DNA of 64,000 nucleotides from Catajapyx aquilonaris (Eukaryota), in assembly GCA_000934665.2 (NCBI GenBank), contig JYFJ02001710.1, positions 1 to 64,000 on the forward strand. The letters are read 5' to 3'. The notes under the pieces were generated by a model. The model had not been told where the DNA came from. It did no database searches and worked only from the letters and a program-made list of their open reading frames with translations. The translations under genes were made by a program, and so were the position numbers. Shown here one piece after another: positions 52,462-64,000 of the stretch. Every line of letters starts with the position of its first letter. Within the stretch, counting starts at the first letter, position 1.

Positions 52462-55304
52462 TCAGATTTCAGTTGATGAATGCGTCAAATCCATTGAAAA
52501 ATGAACCTTGTTGGTATTGTCATGTGATGGGCCGTAATGGGCTGTTGCACCTTCTTCAAGCGCATTGAGGCTTTCTTCCTCTGGATTTACTTCCAGTGTG
52601 GTTCTTGTGGTTTTCTTGAACGAATCATTATTGGACATGCGAGACGAAATGGTGTCTCTCTGAAATGGCGGTGGCGATAGGTTTGGTTTTTGCGTGTGAA
52701 TAAATAGCCTCACCTTTATTAGCCTGTGTCGCAGGCATGGTATCTTCTTTGCGATTGCTTGCTGAATTTTTCTCTGGCAGAGGCAGTGAAACACGAATAT
52801 AAATAATCCTTGCAGAGAGTTGAGAATGGAGAATACAATTTCCATAGCCAGTTTAAAATGTGGATCCTCTGCAAAGACATGTTCTAAAGCAATTGTTGTC
52901 ACATAATGTAAAAAAAAAACTTACCGTCGTCAAATACAAAAAATCCGAATATCCAGGTTAATCCTAAAATTGTGCCTAATGATGCGACTCCTTTGACCCA
53001 GTGAAACCTCTGCTTTTTCCTAGCCTTGCTCATGTTCATGCTATTTTTGTAAGCTCCTTTCAGAGCCAGTATCAGTATTATGAAATTGCACTGAAAAAAC
53101 AACAAAATGTTAGCACAAATTAAAGCTACAAACATCTACTAACCATCAGAATAGCAGCTGCTGGGCCCAAAAAAGCCCAGACTAATCCACTGTGAGGGTC
53201 GAGCCAACAACTGCAATGAAAAACATTGTCGATGACATTGTTGATAAGCAAATTTCATAACCACTATTGATATTACTAGAGTCCAGCTCCATATTCGTTC
53301 CATTTGATTCCCAACGAAATTGAGACTATGATCATAGGTGTACCATATCCAACCACATAAAAGGGCCAGCGCTTGTAATGAACTCGTGGAAAAACCTGAA
53401 ATTAGTCCAAATAAATATTCACAGCACACATTGATGTACACCAGGTTACCATAATTATCATGCGGTACACTTGATAGCCTTCCAGCAACATCCAGAAGAA
53501 TGTCGACAGATAGAAGTAGTGCACACATACGGTGAAGAACTTGCAGAGTGCCCTAGGATTGGTTTGTCTAAAACCAACCACGACACTCAGCTGGGCACAC
53601 AGAAGCATGATGCACAAGTTCCTATGCACAATAATAGTACAATTGTCGTCCATGTTGCGAAACATGCAAAATGCGGTTATGGCGAAGAGGAGGCACACGA
53701 TGGATATGGTGCAGCCCACTAGAGTAATGTAGGTAATTACTAGAGGAATCTGAAAATACAAGCACTAATGAAAGCTGCCTATATATGGGGCATTAACACC
53801 CTTTAGGTCATACCTTTCCATGAACTCCGGTGTAGTCTGCTTTGACTGCCATGGTCCGGGTGTCATCGTACTCGCACAGGGTCCATTCATTTTCTGCTCT
53901 GATCAGTCTGACTCCTTCTGAGCTCCATTGTTGCACATCCTGGTCCCAGAAGACGCAAGTGATGTTGGCGAATATGAAGTCACTTAGAGAAAAAGTATTG
54001 TGGAAGAACACTTGTATTGGATGGCCGCTCAGTGGTATGGTCTTGACTAGTGGATCTTGAACAATGCTTATGACTTTTGAAATGAGCATTTGATAAATCG
54101 GTTGTCCTTCAGGTAGATCAGTCTGTTCGCTAATGAAATTGGTATGAATTAATGGGTCGTGGTTTCAGCCTTTCAGGGCAACTTACGTTTGGTTTTCTGA
54201 ACCGATGATGTCATGTAGATTGTCATATGACACTAATGCGACGTTCCACAAACCATTTATAGAACGTCTGTACATGTCCAGTTTGGGTACTGTGATGTTA
54301 GTACCTCCAGACATGGGACATCGGTAAAAAAAGTCTTCTGGATTACGTTTTATGGAGACAGTTTCAGTCTTGACAGCTACAAAAAAACATAATTAATAAA
54401 AGCAGTAAATGCATGATTATGCTGATAAGTACCAATATGATTTCCAACTATGTCCAAGTTGATTCCAGCATCAAAAGCCTGAAGTGCAACATTGTTAATA
54501 ATTTGCTGCAATTCATTAGCCAATTCCATCTTTTTCGGTTGAGTCCTCCATGATTTTGGATATCTCAGCACCTCATCAGTCAAATTCAGAACGCTTTTTG
54601 CATAAGATTCGGTCAGTCTAGACATGCACTCCCTGAAATAACATTAGCCTTAATGACATGCATTCTGTGCATAGAATATACTCTACCGTTTTTGAAACGT
54701 GTGACAATGGGCTGAAGTGTAGTTCTCCTGAGAATATAATGACACATCCAGAATTTTGACCATCTTTCCAATATTGTCGCCTTCAGTAAATATGGGACAT
54801 CGTTCGGCTTCAGAGCTGATATTCTGAAGCACACCTGAAGGATCCTCTCCATTGTGCAAGGCATGTAACCACACATCAAACAAGCCCAGATCTGCCAACG
54901 AACTGTCAGAACAATTACCTTTTGCATCACACAGTACATCCTATTCTCACCTGAAGTCATTGTATGGAAAAAACCAATCAAGCGGATTCACACTCTTTAA
55001 TGTGGCTGTGTGTAACGAGAAGTTTGAAACATCCGAGTGGCAATTCATTAGCTGCTTCCCAGAGGCCATATGTTTCACATCTCCTGAAGAGCAATGCAAA
55101 TATAATCAGTCGTAACATTATCTTCTCGATAAGTATCCGCACTTCCGAAGCTACCAAAACAGCAGAAACAAAAAGCTGTTGATTTACACTTCCGGCACTT
55201 ATCAGCAGGAAACTGACGTCATAACTTGCTAATTGTTTAAAAATGATGTACTCACCTGCTGAAGTGTGTAAGATCACAAAAATGGCCCATACCATCCGAT
55301 GCAT
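52462..55304 (-). CDS. Adhesion GPCR 2 (short ectodomain; degenerate GPS)
   Basis: Signal exon MHRMVWAIFVILHTSA, GAIN-like region, CVFWD...WSSEG, 7TM (HRNLC, WMLLEG, ILGLTWIFG, NSLQGLFIFVFHCL). Confidence 0.85.
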
Positions 55305-55848
55305 TGTATCCTCACCAACTGGATTCAGGAAATCACCGTAAAACCATGATGGTTTGACCTGCGCAAAATCACCAAACTACACCGTACGGAATCATTCACT
55401 CAGCCACTAGCAAAATAAATAAATGGGTGTCGAAGTTTCCGGTTGCGTAGCCAAAAGTAGACGCCTCCTCTAAGGCACGCACAATAAAAATGCTGCTATC
55501 ACTATGTACGATTAGCTGTTATCTAGATATTATACAGGTTATGAAACTATGAAACACCTGAGCTGTACACTAGATGGCTGTTGGTGAATACCAAAGGGAA
55601 TGGACTAAACATTTCCTGTCTCGGATTTTGAGGTTAAATATTGACATTGGCAAGTTTCTGCGGAGGAAGTTTGCGTGTTGACAGAATGACTCAGCTGTTC
55701 CTCACCTAATAAAATTAGCTGCACTTATCTGAGCAAGGACAGGGTCATAAATAATGGAAACTGTTAATCAATGTCGCTTGGAGTTATACATCACTGATTT
55801 GATGCATATGTTGTTTAATAAACATGATGTACATTTTTTGTACATAGA

Positions 55849-61347
<5,499 letters not shown>

Positions 61348-61937
61348 GTTTAGTATGTGAACGAATGTCCCTTGCAAAAAGTGGCTGTGTTGCAGTAACT
61401 AGGGCCGAACAATACTGTGAGATTGGCCGTTGATTGCTCATGTATTAATCACTACCTGTGCAGATAACGAGGCCATATGTGTTTGCAATTTGGATTCGCG
61501 AAGGTCTGATAGGCAGTTGAGTGTAATTAAAATTGTGTCAGTGCAGTTCAAGTAGGCGGCATTTTCCACTCATATCTCGCATACAAATTAAGCATGGCTG
61601 CTTTATTACGAGGTTTCATGCCATTTTAATTAGAATATTTGAACATATTGCTGAAGTACAATGTTTGTAATGCTCTTCGCGTGTTTGCTTGACCTTAAAA
61701 TGCAGGACGGTAGCCCCTATATATTTCCATGCGATAATCGTCGTCATGCTGCTTATCTCATGATGGTGGAAGCCTTAAGACTACATTGCAAAAACCCCAA
61801 ATATGCAATCTTAAAATCAATATTTTGCGAATATTCGTCGCTACTGATGGGGTATTAACCATTTGAAAATCATGCTCAATATGTTTAATTTTTATTTCTA
61901 AAAAAAATATTATAATTCCATATAATATAGTAGATGA

Positions 61938-64000
61938 TTACGTGGTTGATTCCGATGGACGATATCGAAAACTCAATATTATTGCAAACCTCTCGTTATG
62001 ATCATAGTAGAAATTGGCATCGGCAGGAGCGAAGTAAATCTTGATTGCTTTCCAACGTGTGTCCCAATCAATTTTTTTGAGAACTAAGTTGCGCATATTT
62101 TGCTTCATGACGCAATGGAATAGAAAAATGAAGCCACCTTGCAAAGAATTCAACAATGCAAACACCACTTCTACGACATCAACTAAATCGCCTGGCTCTG
62201 CAACGTTAAAATAATTCAAATTAGACAAATTATTAACTCATTAACATAAACTATAACCTTTTTTAAATAGCAGAAATCCAAATGCCCATGTCAGACCCAA
62301 TATGGACATCATGGACACAAATCCTTTAATCCATGTTCTAGATTCGTTAACAGTGTTCACTCTTCCAGGAACCGCTTGTGTTGCCCGATTGGCTGCTCTT
62401 AAAGCTGCCACCAACATACAAGTATTAAACTACAAGAAAGAAGAGAAAATTATTATCGAGCTGATTTTTGTGGGAAGAAGTTCCTTACACAAAGAATGGC
62501 AACTACCGGACCCAAGAAGGACCAGATGAATCCGTGGTCCAAACTCAACCAACAACTGCAGACAGAAAAGTCATTAAAAACACAGGTAACAAGTTGATTA
62601 ATTCACATTAACTTACTAGCGTTCGGTTCCATATCCATCAGAATGAAAAACAACACAAAATGACACAATGACCAATGGAATCACATAACCTGTAAATAAC
62701 TTCTTCCACTTTGAAATTCTGGCAACAAATACCTGAAAAATTTATTTACCATGAGTGCCTGTTATTGTTGCACTGTTGTATATTAGCATACCACAATAAT
62801 AAGAAGGTAGATCTGATATCCTTCGACCATCATCCAGAAGAATGCGGCCAGGAAGAAGTAGTAAATCAAAATCGCTGCTATTTTGCATCCTAGCGTACTA
62901 CTAGTGGCGTCTAATCCAATAACCATTGTTAGTTGGGCAATCAGGAGGCACAGGCACATATGGAAATGTATGAACACATGTGGATTTGGCATGGTCCTTG
63001 CCAATCGAAACACGACCAACGAAATTAGCAAGCAAACGACCGATATGGAGCAGCCGGTGATTGTTATAGCTGTTATGACTGACTGAAACTAAGAAGTGAT
63101 TATTAATTAAAGTCGCTTTAAAAGCACTTGCTCACTTACATAGGTTGGGAGAATGATGCCATTGTAGTCCATCAGCACAGCCAAGTTGGTCAAATGGTTA
63201 CATTCACAAATGGAATATTCTGATGTGAAATTGACCATTCGGCAACCTTCAATGCTCCAAGAGTTGTTCACAGTGTCCCAAAACGCGCATTTTGGGTTCA
63301 ACAATTTCTTCTTGATTTCTGACTTAAAAGGCAGGTGGTACAATATGACAGACACATTTTCATTGTCAAAATGCACTGAGCTGGAAAAGTTTCCCAGTGA
63401 TGTTCCGACCACTTTGCTATTGACAATTCCTGTGATATACTCGGGATCGTTCAGTTTCCTGTAAACAAAATGTTGTATGTTCATATCGCAGCAGTCCCAA
63501 CGACCGAAAGTTTGAACTTACGTAACTTGCAAATTATTTCCTAAAATATTTTCCATTGTCCCATAAGACACATGTATGGCCATCCATGTGACATTAACCA
63601 CTCCTATCTCCTTAGCCTCTTCAGGAAGATGTATACAAGCACCTTCACCCAGTGGGTAACAATAATACAGGTCTTCATCTGTGACCTTATCCTCAGGTGC
63701 TGCCTTGGATGCAAGAGCTGACGAAACGCAATTTAATAATCATATTTTCAAGTAATGCACTTTAATTCTTACCAAAATCAGACTGGGTAAAATTCTCCGA
63801 GATATTTGCTGATGTAGCCATTGAACCAATCCGATCTATGGTTTGAAAGAACTGAGTGGCTTTGACATATCTTTCATTCAGTGTTGTCCATGCTTCTGAG
63901 TTCTGTAGAGATTCACTGGTTAGGGCGACAACAGCCGATGTATAAGACGTGAGGTTCTTTTTGCATTCGTCCTGGGATATGTTCGACTTGATGCAATCGT
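61938..64000 (-). CDS. Adhesion GPCR 4, 5-prime part beyond the window; 3-prime end uncertain
   Basis: GAIN (VNSKVVGTSL), canonical GPS CAFWD...WS..GC...CECNHLTNLAVLM, 7TM (WMMVEG, CWL, LGLTWAFG, NSLQGGFIFLFHC). Confidence 0.85.

Overview
Eukaryotic, almost certainly arthropod, genomic DNA: short GT-AG introns, TATA plus TCAGT initiator promoters and divergent ionotropic receptors. Left end: transposon/MITE debris and a 7-coding-exon cis-prenyltransferase (DHDDS-like, minus strand). Centre (about 9.7-44.3 kb): a tandem array of 12 two-exon genes encoding small secreted peptides of a family I do not recognise. Each has a signal peptide, a mature N-terminus that is usually Gly-Gly-His, a near-invariant ~52-aa His/aromatic core and a variable Gly-rich tail. 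The array is interleaved with three identical tRNA-Gly(TCC) genes, two secreted histidine acid phosphatases plus one pseudogene, two intronless ionotropic receptors and a C-type lectin. Right end: parkin, ATP synthase delta and four latrophilin-like adhesion GPCRs, two of them with degenerate GPS cleavage sites. The best candidate for an undescribed system is the Gly/His-rich peptide array: predicted ATCUN N-termini, co-amplified cognate tRNA-Gly genes, kappaB-like sites and homogenised cores. All exon structures were read by eye and no database search was possible.
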